Source: Candidatus Marinacidobacterales bacterium (GTDB taxonomy: Bacteria; Acidobacteriota; Vicinamibacteria; Marinacidobacterales; SMYC01). Taken from it: a stretch of DNA of 64,000 nt. Every line of letters begins with the position of its first letter. The stretch's first letter is position 1. The DNA is taken from assembly GCA_965237955.1 (NCBI GenBank), contig OZ250169.1, forward strand, positions 4,544,001 to 4,608,000. The letters run 5' to 3'. The notes beneath the pieces were generated by a model. The model searched no databases and was not told the origin of the DNA. It saw nothing but the letters and a program-made list of their open reading frames with translations. The translations under genes were made by a program, and so were the position numbers. This document shows, one piece after another, positions 46,745-57,548 of the stretch.

Positions 46745-47659
46745 GTGAACACAATCGCCACCAAGACCCAGCTTCCGGTCCAGCAGATCGTTCAGTGGTG
46801 CGGGATCGCTCGGGGCAAGTTCTACGACTGGCGCAAGCGGTACGGGAAGGTGAATGAGCACAACGGCCTGGTGCCGCGGGATCACTGGATCGAAGAATGG
46901 GAGCGCCAGTCCGTGATCGACTACTTCGACTGCCACCCACTGGACGGGTATCGCCGACTCACGTTCATGATGCTGGACGAAGACGTGGTGGCAGTTAGCC
47001 CCTCGACGACGTACCGGGTGTTGTCGAAGGCGGGTCGTCTGGACCGTTGGAACCCGAAGCCGTCGAAGAAGGGAACGGGCTTCGTTCAGCCGCTGCGAGC
47101 GCACCAGCACTGGCACACGGATATCTCGTACTTGAACCTGGGTGGGACGTTCTACTACCTCTGCTCGTTTCTGGATGGTGCGAGCCGCGCGGTGGTTCAC
47201 TGGGAGATTCGTGAGTCGATGACGGAAGCGGATGTGGAGTGCATCTTGGAGCGAGCAAAGGAGCGGTACCCCGATGCGCGGCCTCGAATCATCTCGGACA
47301 ACGGTCCGCAGTACATCGCGAAGGACTTCAAGGCATTCATCCGCATCTCAGGGATGACGCACGTGAGGACCGCGCCGTACTACCCGCAATCGAACGGGAA
47401 GATCGAGCGTTGGCACAAGACGATAAAATCGGACGCCCTGCGTCCTGCCAGCCCCACGAGCCTCGAAGAGGCTCGCCGCTTGATGGAACGATTCGTCGAA
47501 TATTACAACGGGGTTCGCCTGCACAGCGCGATCGGCTACATTGCGCCGCTGGACTTCATGGATGGCAAGGCCACCCAGATCTGGTCGGAGCGAGACCGCA
47601 AACTCGAGCAGGCTCGGAAGCTGCGGCGTGAGCGCCGTGCGAACAAGGTGCCCGCATGA
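46745..47659 (+). CDS. IS3-like transposase OrfB (DDE)
   Basis: WHTDISY, ISDNGPQY, PQSNGKIERWH, RLHSAIGY. Confidence 0.93.
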   Translation: MNTIATKTQLPVQQIVQWCGIARGKFYDWRKRYGKVNEHNGLVPRDHWIEEWERQSVIDYFDCHPLDGYRRLTFMMLDEDVVAVSPSTTYRVLSKAGRLDRWNPKPSKKGTGFVQPLRAHQHWHTDISYLNLGGTFYYLCSFLDGASRAVVHWEIRESMTEADVECILERAKERYPDARPRIISDNGPQYIAKDFKAFIRISGMTHVRTAPYYPQSNGKIERWHKTIKSDALRPASPTSLEEARRLMERFVEYYNGVRLHSAIGYIAPLDFMDGKATQIWSERDRKLEQARKLRRERRANKVPA

Positions 47660-47943
47660 ACACTCTGATCCCAGGAGCCCCACTCCGTTCCCTCTCGCCC
47701 ACAAGCATTGAGTACCAGAGAGCGCAGGGGGCGTCAAGGGCGGCGAAGCCGGCGCGCGCAGCGCGCTTTACCCTTGACGCCCCCGAGCACTCTGGTACGA
47801 TCCCTGGGGCGATAGGGGACATCCTGCCGCCGGGCGTTGCGTTAACGTCCAACCTCGCTGTCATCTTCACGCTGAACCAATACATGCCCATTAAGTGTTG
47901 GTGAGATGACGCTAAGACTTTACGCTGCATTAAATTAAGTTAA

Positions 47944-48045
47944 ATGACCCCCGGCAGAGCCGGGGGCTTATCTTTGTTAGCCCCTCAAAGGGGCAGGTTC
48001 ATGAGCCGCCTGAAGGCGGCTGAACCACTATTGGGCCTTCTTGGC
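47944..48045 (-). mobile_element. Probable IS200/IS605-type right-end remnant (three hairpins)
   Basis: CCCCCGGC-AGA-GCCGGGGG, GCCCCT-CAA-AGGGGC, AGCCGCC-TGAA-GGCGGCT; abuts IS21. Confidence 0.6.
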
Positions 48046-48265
48046 TGCGTATTCCGGGGCATCGTGAACGCAGATTCCAGCCGAAGGTGAACATCCATTC
48101 CAAAGCATCGTGAACACGGATTCCGGGGATCGTGAACATCGATTCCGGGGAAGGTGAACACGGATTCCAGGCAACGTGAACGCCGGTTCCGGCATCGCGA
48201 ACGCTCATCGATAGCACGTTTCAAGGCAACTCTAGGTCGTACCCGGAAGGAGGACGATCTAGGAA

Positions 48266-49822
48266 ATGGCAGCTAAGAGGTTATCGATGAGAAAAATACG
48301 AGAGGTTCTAAGGTTAAAGTACGAGCTGGGTTTTACTCACCGCATGATCGCAAAGGCACTTCGCGTGGCGGTTGGAACGGTGAGTGAGTACCTGGCCAAG
48401 GCGAAGAAGGGTGGTCTGAGCTGGCCGCTCCCGGAGGAGCTGAGCGACGGGGAGCTGGAGGCAGGGCTGTTTCCGCCGCCGGGCTCGTCTGGCGCACGGC
48501 CGGGTCTGGACTATGCCCACATCCACGAGGAGCTGAGGCGTCACCGAGAGCTGACGTTGCTGCAGCTGTGGGTGGAGTACGCGGAGAATAAGCCGGGAGC
48601 GTACGGCTACAGCCGTTATTGCGAGCTGTACGGTCAGTGGAAGAAGAAGCTGAACCCGACGATGCGTCAACGGCATCGAGCAGGCGAGAAGACATTCGTC
48701 GATTTTTCGGGGAAGAAGCCTCACATCGTCGATCCGAAAACGGGAGAGCTCGTCGAAATGGAGCTGTTCGTCGGGACGTTGGGCGCGAGCAGTTACACCT
48801 ACGTCGAAGCGACACTGAACCAGTCGCTGGAATCGTGGGCGAAGGCCCATAAGGGGATGTCGGATTACTTCGGTGGCAGTACGGAGATCTGGGTTCCGGA
48901 CAACTTGAAGAGCGGCGTGGATTTGGTGGACCGTTACGAGCCAGGGATCAACCGGACGTACGAAGAGCTGGCGACGCATTACGGTGCGGTTGTGGTCCCG
49001 GCTCGGGTGTTCAAGCCGAAAGACAAAGCGAAGGTGGAGTCGGCAGTGCAGGTGGCGCAGCGCTGGATCCTGGCGGTGCTTCGTCATCGCACGTTCTTCA
49101 GCCTGGCGGAACTGAACGAAGCCATCTGGGAGAAGTTAGAGGTCCTGAATGCGCGTCCGATGCAGAAGCTCGGTGTGAGTCGGCGGGAGTTGTACGAAAG
49201 GCTAGACCGGCCCGTACTGAAACCGCTACCGCAGGAGAGCTACGAGTTATCGACGTGGAAGCGGTGCAGAGTGAACATCGACTACCACGTGGAGGTGGAG
49301 AACAACTTGTACAGCGTTCCCTATCAGCTCATTCACGAGAAAGTCGAGGCACGGGTGACGGCCTCGGTGGTGGAGGTCCTGTTCAAGGGAAAGCGCGTCG
49401 CGTCGCATCCCCGCAAGAAAGGAAAGGGGCACTACTCCACGAACCCGGAGCATATGCCACGTTCGCATCGGGAGCACCTGGAGTGGACGCCGTCGCGGCT
49501 GCTCCACTGGGCGGAGCAGTCAGGTCGCGCCACGGGAAGGCTGGTTGCGGGGATTCTAGAGAGTCGGCCTCACCCGGAGCAGGGATTTCGCTCTTGCCTG
49601 GGAGTCATGCGACTAGGCAGCCGCTGGGGCAGTGAGCGTCTCGAGGCCGCTTGCGCACGAGCGGAAGCTTTGAGCTCTTACAGCTATCGCACGGTGAAAA
49701 ACATTCTCTCGGCTGGTCTGGATCGTGTGGTGCTCGAATCGGACGCCGAAGCGAAACCGCGAGAGGAGCACGAGAACATCCGAGGCGCGGATCACTACGA
49801 AGGAGGAGAGTCCCGATGCTGA
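48266..49822 (+). CDS. istA: IS21 transposase IstA
   Basis: FVDFSG, VPDNLKS, KDKAKVE, YSVPY. Confidence 0.96.
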   Translation: MAAKRLSMRKIREVLRLKYELGFTHRMIAKALRVAVGTVSEYLAKAKKGGLSWPLPEELSDGELEAGLFPPPGSSGARPGLDYAHIHEELRRHRELTLLQLWVEYAENKPGAYGYSRYCELYGQWKKKLNPTMRQRHRAGEKTFVDFSGKKPHIVDPKTGELVEMELFVGTLGASSYTYVEATLNQSLESWAKAHKGMSDYFGGSTEIWVPDNLKSGVDLVDRYEPGINRTYEELATHYGAVVVPARVFKPKDKAKVESAVQVAQRWILAVLRHRTFFSLAELNEAIWEKLEVLNARPMQKLGVSRRELYERLDRPVLKPLPQESYELSTWKRCRVNIDYHVEVENNLYSVPYQLIHEKVEARVTASVVEVLFKGKRVASHPRKKGKGHYSTNPEHMPRSHREHLEWTPSRLLHWAEQSGRATGRLVAGILESRPHPEQGFRSCLGVMRLGSRWGSERLEAACARAEALSSYSYRTVKNILSAGLDRVVLESDAEAKPREEHENIRGADHYEGGESRC

Positions 49823-50574
49823 CACCCGAAACGATAGAAAAGATGAACGCCATGAAGTTGTTCGGCTTGGTGTCCGCGTTCGAAACCCAGTTGAGCTCGA
49901 GCGAATACAAGGAGCTGAGCTTCGAGGAACGTGTGGGACTCCTGGTCGATGCCGAGTGGACCGCCCGCGAACAGCGTAAGCTTTCTCGACGACTGCGAGC
50001 GGCAAAGCTCCGCTATCCGGCATGTTTGGAGAACGTGAACTTCCAAGCGCCTCGAGGCTTAAACCGCGAACAGATCTTGAGCCTGGGCAACTGCCGCTTT
50101 GTCGGTGAGCGCCATAACCTGCTCATCACCGGCCCGACGGGGATTGGCAAATCGTTCTTGGCTTGCGCCTTCGTGGAGCGGGCCTGTCGTCGCGGCTTCA
50201 CCGGATGCTACGTGCGAGCACCGCGCTTGCTCCACGAGCTCGCGGTCGCTCGTGGTGATGGTTCCTACGCCCGGCTTTTGACGAAACTCGCCAAGCTGGA
50301 CTTACTGGCTATCGATGATTGGCTGCTTCACCCGCTGAAAGAATCGGAGAGACGGGATCTAATGGAGGTCATCGAAGACCGCGCCGAGCGTGGCTCCACA
50401 CTCATCGCGACCCAGATTCCGCTCAAGCAGTGGCACGAAGCGATTGGCGACCCAAACCAGGCAGACGCTATCTGCGATCGCATTCTCCACAGCGCGCACC
50501 GCATCACTCTCAAAGGAGCTTCTCTGAGAAAGACCAAGGCTGCGCCAAAGGCATTTGACAACGCCGATGCATGA
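49816..50574 (+). CDS. istB: IS21 helper ATPase IstB
   Basis: Walker A GPTGIGKS; Walker B LLAIDD. Confidence 0.96.
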   Translation: MLTPETIEKMNAMKLFGLVSAFETQLSSSEYKELSFEERVGLLVDAEWTAREQRKLSRRLRAAKLRYPACLENVNFQAPRGLNREQILSLGNCRFVGERHNLLITGPTGIGKSFLACAFVERACRRGFTGCYVRAPRLLHELAVARGDGSYARLLTKLAKLDLLAIDDWLLHPLKESERRDLMEVIEDRAERGSTLIATQIPLKQWHEAIGDPNQADAICDRILHSAHRITLKGASLRKTKAAPKAFDNADA

Positions 50575-50988
50575 GCGAGCGAGGGACCACAGCGTCGATG
50601 CGATAAAAACGGGTGAAACCGCCAAACCCGGGGTACCAGACGATGCGGCGCCAAAACGACGCGCGAGAATGCCTCAGGAAGCGTCTTCTCGAGCCAGGCC
50701 ATACCCCAGCAACCCCCCGAAACCAGCCCCACATCGCCCGGGGTTCGGCCGCGGCAGGTCGCTGCCTACGGGAGCGGGAAGGTCGCTTCGCGTCTTTCCT
50801 TACGCCCGCTCCCTCCGGCACCGACCTGCCGCCCCTTGCTACACAACACGCAGGTAAGATAGGTTCACGTTTTCAATCAGTGGGAAGGAGGTCACCCAAC
50901 ACTTCATCGCTTCGATGAGCGTTCGGCTTCACCGGATTCGCTGTTCAGCTTGCTCTGGATTCGGCGTTCACGATGGCTGGAATACGCA

Positions 50989-52086
50989 CCCAGGCGAGAT
51001 CGAGCTCCGCGAATCCCCTGGTGTTCATCCTGACCGCCGCGGTAAGGCCCTTGACGTCGCTCAGCTCGCCGACAATGTAGCGAGCCTTTCGGGCCCACTC
51101 CGCCTCGAGGGCCTCGTGATCGAGCCGCTCGTAGCGGTTCAGAGCCACGATGAGGCCGATGATCTCCTCCTTACCGACCTTCATCCCGCGTCCGAGGTGG
51201 CTATTGGGTGAGGCCTGCATCAGCGCCGCTTCGATGAGATCCTTCCTGCCTGCGAGAATTCCTGTCGAACGATCGTCGGCGTGGAGACCCGGGAGCAGTT
51301 CAGGAATGCGGTGAACGACAAGACGGCAATGATTCACGTTCTGGCCCGGCAGGAGCATGTGCGAGCCGATGAGCCCGAGGTCATGAAGCCCCACGAATTT
51401 CTGGAGATCGGAAAGCGGGCCGGCGTTCCGGTTCTGATCGATGCCGCTTCCGAGCTTCCCCCCGCCGTCAATTTGACCCGCTACGGCGAGATGGGAGCGG
51501 ATCTGCTGGTGTTCAGTGGGGGAAAGGGGATTCGCGGGCCTCAATCCATGCCCGCAGCGCGATAGGCGCGGTCATAATCCAGACGGTGCGCGTTCTGGAT
51601 GAGGCATTCCACCTTCGGCCAGGCTGGGTGCGGTAGCGCTTCCATCTTCTCTTCGTCCGTCCCGGTGAGGCAGGCGGCGGCGCCGAGGATCATCGCGGAG
51701 AAGGCGCCGGAGGCGACCATTGCGGACTCGGTATGGACCACCTCGGCGATCCTCTTGCCGGCGGCCCGGTTGAGCTCGTGCATGTCCACGAAGTACCGGT
51801 TGGCTTCCGCGATGGCTTCAATGACCTCGGCCGGCATTCGAGAGCCTCCCATGGAGGTATGGTTGTCATGACAGGGCACATGCGGATAGACCCCCAGGAG
51901 CCGCGTGTAGATGTTGTCGCCGTTCAGGCGATTCACGAGCGGGGCCAAGTTGGTTGGCACAGAAGCTCGGTCGGACGGACGCGAGCAAGCGCCAAATAGT
52001 CCTCCCGCGAGCCCGGCGCCGAAGAACTGCCGTCGACTCCACTTCATGCTGGACGGCTTCGATAGGTGTCGCCTTGGATCTTTCAT
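50989..52086 (-). pseudogene. SelA/DgaE-like PLP-dependent enzyme with Tat signal; 278-bp internal inversion and IS21 truncation
   Basis: SRRQFF; MGGSRM...FVDM-EL; + strand segment VLIDAAS...FSGGKGIRGPQ; then STGILAGRKDLI...GRGMKVGKEEI on the - strand. Confidence 0.9.
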
Positions 52087-52166
52087 CTTGACCTCCAACA
52101 GGTTCCGCCTCCCCTTGTTCGAAAGGCGATATCAAGAAACACAACGGGCCAGAGCGGGTTGTAATC

Positions 52167-54281
52167 TTACTGAGATACGAAACCTTTTCTCTTCAGCAAA
52201 GGCTCAATGCTGGGCTCAGCCCCCCTGAAGCGTTTATAGAGGGTCATCGGATCTTCCGTGCCGCCTCGTTCGAGAATGTTCTTCCTGAATGACAGTGCCG
52301 TTGTTTGGTCAAAGATGCCTCTTTCTTCGAATACTTCGAAGGCGTGGGCATCGAGAACCTCGGTCCATATGTAGCTGTAAAATTCCGAGGAGTGTCCGTG
52401 GTTGAAGATATGTTCGAAATGGGTACTTCTGTATCTGACTCCAATCTCCGGAATCAGACCGATCTTGTTGAGTGACTCGGTCTCAAACTTCTCTAAATCC
52501 AGTTCTTGGGGTTCGGTGAGTGTGTGCAGTTCGAGGTCCAGGAAAACAGCCGACAGGTATCCAACCGTCGCAGAGCCCTGGTTGAAGTGAGTTGCTTTCT
52601 CTAACTTATCAATCAGTTCCCGAGGAATAACTTCACCAGTTTCGTGGTGTTTTGCGTAGATCTCGAGGACTTCCGGTTCGAAGGCCCAATTCTCCATCAT
52701 CTGCGAAAGGAATTCCGCGAAATCTCCGGCTACCGCAGTTCCCGAGAAGCTGGAATACGTACAGTTGGAAAGCAACCCGTGAAGTGCATGTCCCAATTCG
52801 TGAAACAAACTCGATATTTCTCCCGAGCTGATGAGTGCTGGCTCGTCGCCGGTTGGTTGCGACATGTTAAAAACATTCAGTACGACTGGAAGAACATCCT
52901 TGCCGCCCCGTCTCGATTGTTTTCTGAAGCTCGTCATCCAGCCCCCGCCGTTTTTGCTGGCTCTTGGGAAATAGTCCATATAGAGGATACCGAGATGCGA
53001 GCCGTCGGCTTCGGTGACCTCAAACACCTTCGCATCTTCGTGATAGCGGGGAATGTCGGTTCTTTCGACAAACTGAATGCCGTAGAGTCGATTCGCGACC
53101 GTAAAAGCGCCCTCTACGACATTTTCCAACTTGAAGTAGGGCCTTAACTCCTCCTCATCGAGGTCGTACTTGGCCTTTTTTTGCTTTTCCGCGTAGTACC
53201 TCCAGTCCCAGGGTTGCAGTCTGAAAGCCTCGCCCTCTTTATCGATCATCTCCTGAAGCTCGGCGGCCTCTTTTTTGGCCAACTTCAAAGCCGGTTGCCA
53301 AAGCTGGTCGAGAAATCCGTAAACAGTCTCCGGGTTCTTGACCATATTGTTTTCGAGCACGAAATGGGAGTGGGTTTTGTAGCCGGAGAGATTTGCCCGT
53401 TCCGCGCGAAGAGATGCTATTCGAGACACGGTAGCTTTGTTGTCCAGATCATCGTTGTTATTGCAGCGGTTGATGTAAGCGTTCAGGAATTTTTCCCTGA
53501 GGGGACGTTTTTCCGAATAACGCAGGAATCGAAACACATCATTTCGAGTGAATACCCACTTCCCTTCGTGTCCCCGTTCTCTTGCAACTTCTGCGGCTCT
53601 GTCGACAACCACGGCGGGCAGGCTGGCGAGATCTTCTTCCTTTTCGATGACGAGTTCGAGCCGATTGTTTGCTTTCAAGACATTGTCACCAAACTCGAGT
53701 ATGAGGGGGGACAGCTCCTCGTTGATGTCTCTCAGCCGGGCTTTCTTTTCCGCGTCGAGTTTTGCGCCGCCCCTCACAAAATCTTTGTAGTATTTCTCAA
53801 GGAGCGCGTTTTGCTCCAGCGTCAAGTCCAATTCATCTTTCTGGCCATAAACCGTTTCGATTCTCTCGAATAGTTTTTCATTCAACGTGATGTCGCTCCG
53901 GTGCTTGGATGTCAGGGGAGCGACTTGTTTTGCTATTGCCTGCCTATTGTCATTCGCAATGGTCGAGTTGAGAACCGAAAGGACGCTGCCGACGGTTTCC
54001 AGCAAAACCCCACTATGCTCCAGGGCTTCGATTGTGTTTTCGAAAGTCGGGGCCTCGAGGGTGTTGACAATCGCTTCGATCTCCTTTTCCTGCTCTTTCA
54101 TGGCTCGTTGAAAAGCCGGCAGATAATGTTCGTCCTTTATTTTTTCGAACGGCGGTACGTTAAAAGGAGTATCAAACTCTGAATAAAACGGATTCGACTC
54201 GGTTTCTTTTTGGCCGGTGTGATTCGTGCAGGATAGAACCATCAAAGTCAGAGAAACGGAAAAAGTAAGTGCTTTCTTCAT
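52167..54281 (-). CDS. dcp: M3 family metallopeptidase (peptidyl-dipeptidase Dcp-like), lipoprotein
   Basis: Lipobox VLSC; LFHELGHALH; QMMENW; YSYIW; RFRG. Confidence 0.9.
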   Translation of the reverse strand: MKKALTFSVSLTLMVLSCTNHTGQKETESNPFYSEFDTPFNVPPFEKIKDEHYLPAFQRAMKEQEKEIEAIVNTLEAPTFENTIEALEHSGVLLETVGSVLSVLNSTIANDNRQAIAKQVAPLTSKHRSDITLNEKLFERIETVYGQKDELDLTLEQNALLEKYYKDFVRGGAKLDAEKKARLRDINEELSPLILEFGDNVLKANNRLELVIEKEEDLASLPAVVVDRAAEVARERGHEGKWVFTRNDVFRFLRYSEKRPLREKFLNAYINRCNNNDDLDNKATVSRIASLRAERANLSGYKTHSHFVLENNMVKNPETVYGFLDQLWQPALKLAKKEAAELQEMIDKEGEAFRLQPWDWRYYAEKQKKAKYDLDEEELRPYFKLENVVEGAFTVANRLYGIQFVERTDIPRYHEDAKVFEVTEADGSHLGILYMDYFPRASKNGGGWMTSFRKQSRRGGKDVLPVVLNVFNMSQPTGDEPALISSGEISSLFHELGHALHGLLSNCTYSSFSGTAVAGDFAEFLSQMMENWAFEPEVLEIYAKHHETGEVIPRELIDKLEKATHFNQGSATVGYLSAVFLDLELHTLTEPQELDLEKFETESLNKIGLIPEIGVRYRSTHFEHIFNHGHSSEFYSYIWTEVLDAHAFEVFEERGIFDQTTALSFRKNILERGGTEDPMTLYKRFRGAEPSIEPLLKRKGFVSQ

Positions 54282-54285
54282 GGGT

Positions 54286-55622
54286 CTACTCCGTTAGAAG
54301 GCCCGCCCAACCGAGGAGAGCGGTGATGGCCGCTAGCACGGGAATGAGCACGGCGGTTCGCATGAGGAACAGGGCGAGGAGCTCGCGGGCACGGACGGGG
54401 ACAGCGCGGAACATGTCGATCATCATGGGTGCCACCGCGGAGAAGAAGATGAGCTGAGAGATGGAGAGCACGGCAATGAAGAAACGAGCCGGTAGGGCGG
54501 CCTCTCGAGTCAGGAGGGCGGGGATGTACATTTCCGCGACTCCGACGAGGGCGGCGGGCGCGAGGGTCTCGGAATCGGGAAGGCCCAGTGCATCCAGCAC
54601 GGGCACGAGGGGTTGCCCCAGGATTGTGAAGATCGGCGTCTCCCGAGCGAGTAAGAGTGCCGCCGTGCCGACGGCAAGGATGCTTCCCAGGATGGTCGCA
54701 GCGAGCACGAGCCCGTCCGTGAACCCCTCGCGCAACATGCCGCGAAGGCCAGGCGCCTGGTTCGCCTGACGGATGGCGCCCTCCCAGGCGGTCCTCAGTA
54801 GCCCGCCTCCGTCCGCTCGCGCGGTTGGCTCGCGTCGCGGGGGGCCCAGGTATTCCTCGGACTTTCCGGTGATGGGCCAAGTCCGTGCAAGAATTGCGGT
54901 CATCAGGTAGACGGCAAGGAAATAGGTGAGGAAGAGGTGGAGGATCGCCAAGGTCTGGGCTACCACGGCGACGAAACCGATGCTCACCGTGGAGAAACAA
55001 GTCACGATGGTATAGGCGCCTCGCGGCGACTGTAGTAACCCTCCTCCATGAGCTTCCGGGTCAAATAGAGGCCTACGGAGTAGCTACCGACCCAGGAGGT
55101 GAGGCTATCCAGAGCCGACCGGCCGGGTAGGCGGAAGAGCGGTCGCATCACGGGGCGCATGAGGGTGCCGATGAACTCGAGAAGGCCGTAGCGGACGAGC
55201 AGCACGAGGAGGGTCGCCCCGAGAGGAACGATGACCGCGACGGAAAGGGCCAGGGTGTTCCACATGAGGTCGGCCACACCATCCTGAAGGAGCACCTCGG
55301 GACCGATGCGGAAGAAGTAGAGGATGGCCAGCGCAAGGCCGGCGAGGCTAAGTAGGATCAAGGGCGTCGAGGTCCGGAAGCCCTCGAGGAGCTTCGGTAT
55401 CGTGGGGCGCCAGCGGACCGCTACCGTTGCGGCACCGACAACGGTGAGGGCCAGGCAGTAGACGGCCACCGCGGTAGGCATTTCACGGACGAGCCACCGC
55501 ACCACCAAATCGAACGGAACCGTGACGCGCCCTTGAACCGGCACGGGGAGCGCAAAAAAGGCGAGGCCCAGCGCCGAGGGGAGGAGAAAACGGAGGGCGT
55601 TCACGAATCGTCGGGGTCCCAC
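54286..55622 (-). pseudogene. YjiH-like (nucleoside recognition GATE) membrane transporter, frameshifted at ~55015
   Basis: GLLEFIG-LM-PVMRPLF-LPGRSALD--SWVG, FSTVS, EMYIP; 2-nt excess in GAG GCGCC TAT. Confidence 0.85.
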
Positions 55623-56027
55623 AGAGCTACTCCAGCTCGATGTATTTGAATTGGCTAAAAGTGGCCTTTTTTACTTTTCTGGTAGAGCGGTCGTGTGCTC
55701 GAGCCGCAAAGAGTCGGATCGTGTGATTGCTGGATCTGATACCGTTCTGAAACGTCGTCCAATGTTCTCCATCATCACTAAAATAGAAGGAGAGGTCCCC
55801 GCGGTCGTTTCTTATTTTCAAGTAAACACTACCTTTGGTCTTTACCGGCACATCGTTGCTGCGACCGCCCCAGGATGCGGAGCGCATGGCATGATAGACG
55901 GAGGACACGTCCCCTTTGGTGTAGCTTACTATTTCTCCGTCCGTCTTGAGTCCTTCATGGTTGCCAAATGTAAAACCTGCCAAGACTCCTTCCGGGCATT
56001 CGATCTTTACCGTCGCTTCGAAACTCT

Positions 56028-57472
56028 GGAGGTGCCCCCACCATAGTTGAAGGTTCGAGGTGGTGGCGGCTCCTGACACATGGTTTACCCGACTTTGGCG
56101 TGCTTGTCGAGCGCTTGATTCTCAGTGACCTCCGCTAACTTCGCTTCGAGGATCGGTAGCGATTGGTATCCAATGATACGACGGAAATTTTTCTCCGTGG
56201 CGAGCAGAGCCGAAGCGGCCCATCTCAGAACCATCTTGCCATTGCGCCAGCGGGTGACGCGACGGGTACGACCTCGCGCACCGCTGAAGCACGACTCGAT
56301 GATGTTCGTCGATCCAAGGCAGCGTTTCAGAGATGCGGGGAGGTCGAGCTCGTTGATGGTGAACATCTCGTCGAGCCCCTCCCGGATGCTCTCCGCCGCC
56401 GAGGGGTAGTCGTCCTCGAGCCACTTCGCCTGTTGCTCCAACCGCGCTTTGCCCTTCTTTGCTGGGAGCTGCCAGGCCGAACGCAGGCTCGCTTGCACTT
56501 GCGGCTTCAGCTCCTGCGGCAGATAACCGAGCACATTGCGCTCCTTGTGCTTCCTGCAACGCTGGACCTTGTTGTGGGTACCGAACACAGCGTCGACGGC
56601 GACCCGTAGCGCCTTGGAGCCATCGATCACGAACAGCCGACACCGCTCTGGGCTCAGGCCTCGTTCGACCAGGTCCTCCAGCAGCGCCTTGCACACTATC
56701 TGGTTCTCCGATGCTCCATCCCGAAGCCCCAGAACATGCTTGTATCCCTCTGTATCTACGCCGATTGCCGCCAGAGCGTGGTGCTCGCCGAAGCGAATCC
56801 CGTCCAGGTACACGACCGCGATCTCCAGCTCGTCCAGCGGACGCTCCATCAGCCCCTGCAACTGCTCCGCGCTTGCTTCCACGAACTCACGGCTCACCTC
56901 GCTCTTGCTAACCCCTACCGTCTCCGCCATCTCGGGAAGAACCGACGCGTACTTGCGCGTCGACACACCCAGCATCAGGATTTCCCAGATGCGTTGGCTC
57001 AGCCGAGACGAGTTGTTCACCGCTTCGTAGGCAGGAATCGCAACCTCCCCTCCCTCTGCCTTTCCCTTACGCCGCAGACGTGGCCGGCTCACTCTCAACT
57101 TCCGCTCCGCAAGGCTTACTACGCCACCCTGCCGGCCGTGCCAGCGAACATCGCTACCCTTCTTCCCCAGGTGTTTCTCCCCAGCCACACTTTGGGCTGA
57201 CAGATCCAAGACCGCTTCGATCGTCGCTCGGCCAGCAACGTCGATCACTTCGTCGATCGCTATCTCGGTTCGCTCAATCGCATCCAAGAACGGCAACAGA
57301 GCTTGCCCCTTCGAGCTCAGTATCTCTCGAAGATTCTTCCTGTTCTTCGCATCGATGATTTGGTAATTTGACATCGTGGTGGCTCCTTTCTTTTTCCTTC
57401 ACAGCCGGATTCTATCGAACCCGGCCTTAGGAGCCGCCACTCCTAACCTTCAACTATCTCAGGGGCATCTCC
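56028..57472 (-). mobile_element. IS256 family element (1445 bp)
   Basis: IR GGAGGTGCCCC...GGGGCATCTCC extending ~45 bp; 8-bp target duplication GAAACTCT. Confidence 0.96.
56085..57374 (-). CDS. IS256 family transposase
   Basis: GVSTRKY, YLDG, VIDGSKAL, QRCRKHK, STNIIE. Confidence 0.95.
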   Translation of the reverse strand: MSNYQIIDAKNRKNLREILSSKGQALLPFLDAIERTEIAIDEVIDVAGRATIEAVLDLSAQSVAGEKHLGKKGSDVRWHGRQGGVVSLAERKLRVSRPRLRRKGKAEGGEVAIPAYEAVNNSSRLSQRIWEILMLGVSTRKYASVLPEMAETVGVSKSEVSREFVEASAEQLQGLMERPLDELEIAVVYLDGIRFGEHHALAAIGVDTEGYKHVLGLRDGASENQIVCKALLEDLVERGLSPERCRLFVIDGSKALRVAVDAVFGTHNKVQRCRKHKERNVLGYLPQELKPQVQASLRSAWQLPAKKGKARLEQQAKWLEDDYPSAAESIREGLDEMFTINELDLPASLKRCLGSTNIIESCFSGARGRTRRVTRWRNGKMVLRWAASALLATEKNFRRIIGYQSLPILEAKLAEVTENQALDKHAKVG

Positions 57473-57548
57473 GAAACTCTTGTTGGTAGCCACGACTGAT
57501 ATAGAGCTCGCATTCTTGCTGTTCTCTCCTCTGGCTTCCAGCAAAAGT

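Larger units (their letters stand above)
46321..47884 (+). mobile_element. IS3-like element with 27-bp IRs (1564 bp)
   Basis: TGTTTCGGTTCAGCTGGAACATGACAG / CTGTCATCTTCACGCTGAACCAATACA; A-run at the orfA/orfB junction. Confidence 0.92.
48046..50988 (+). mobile_element. IS21 family element copy 2 (2943 bp, intact)
   Basis: TGCGTATTCC...GGAATACGCA; istA and istB; no target duplication. Confidence 0.97.
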
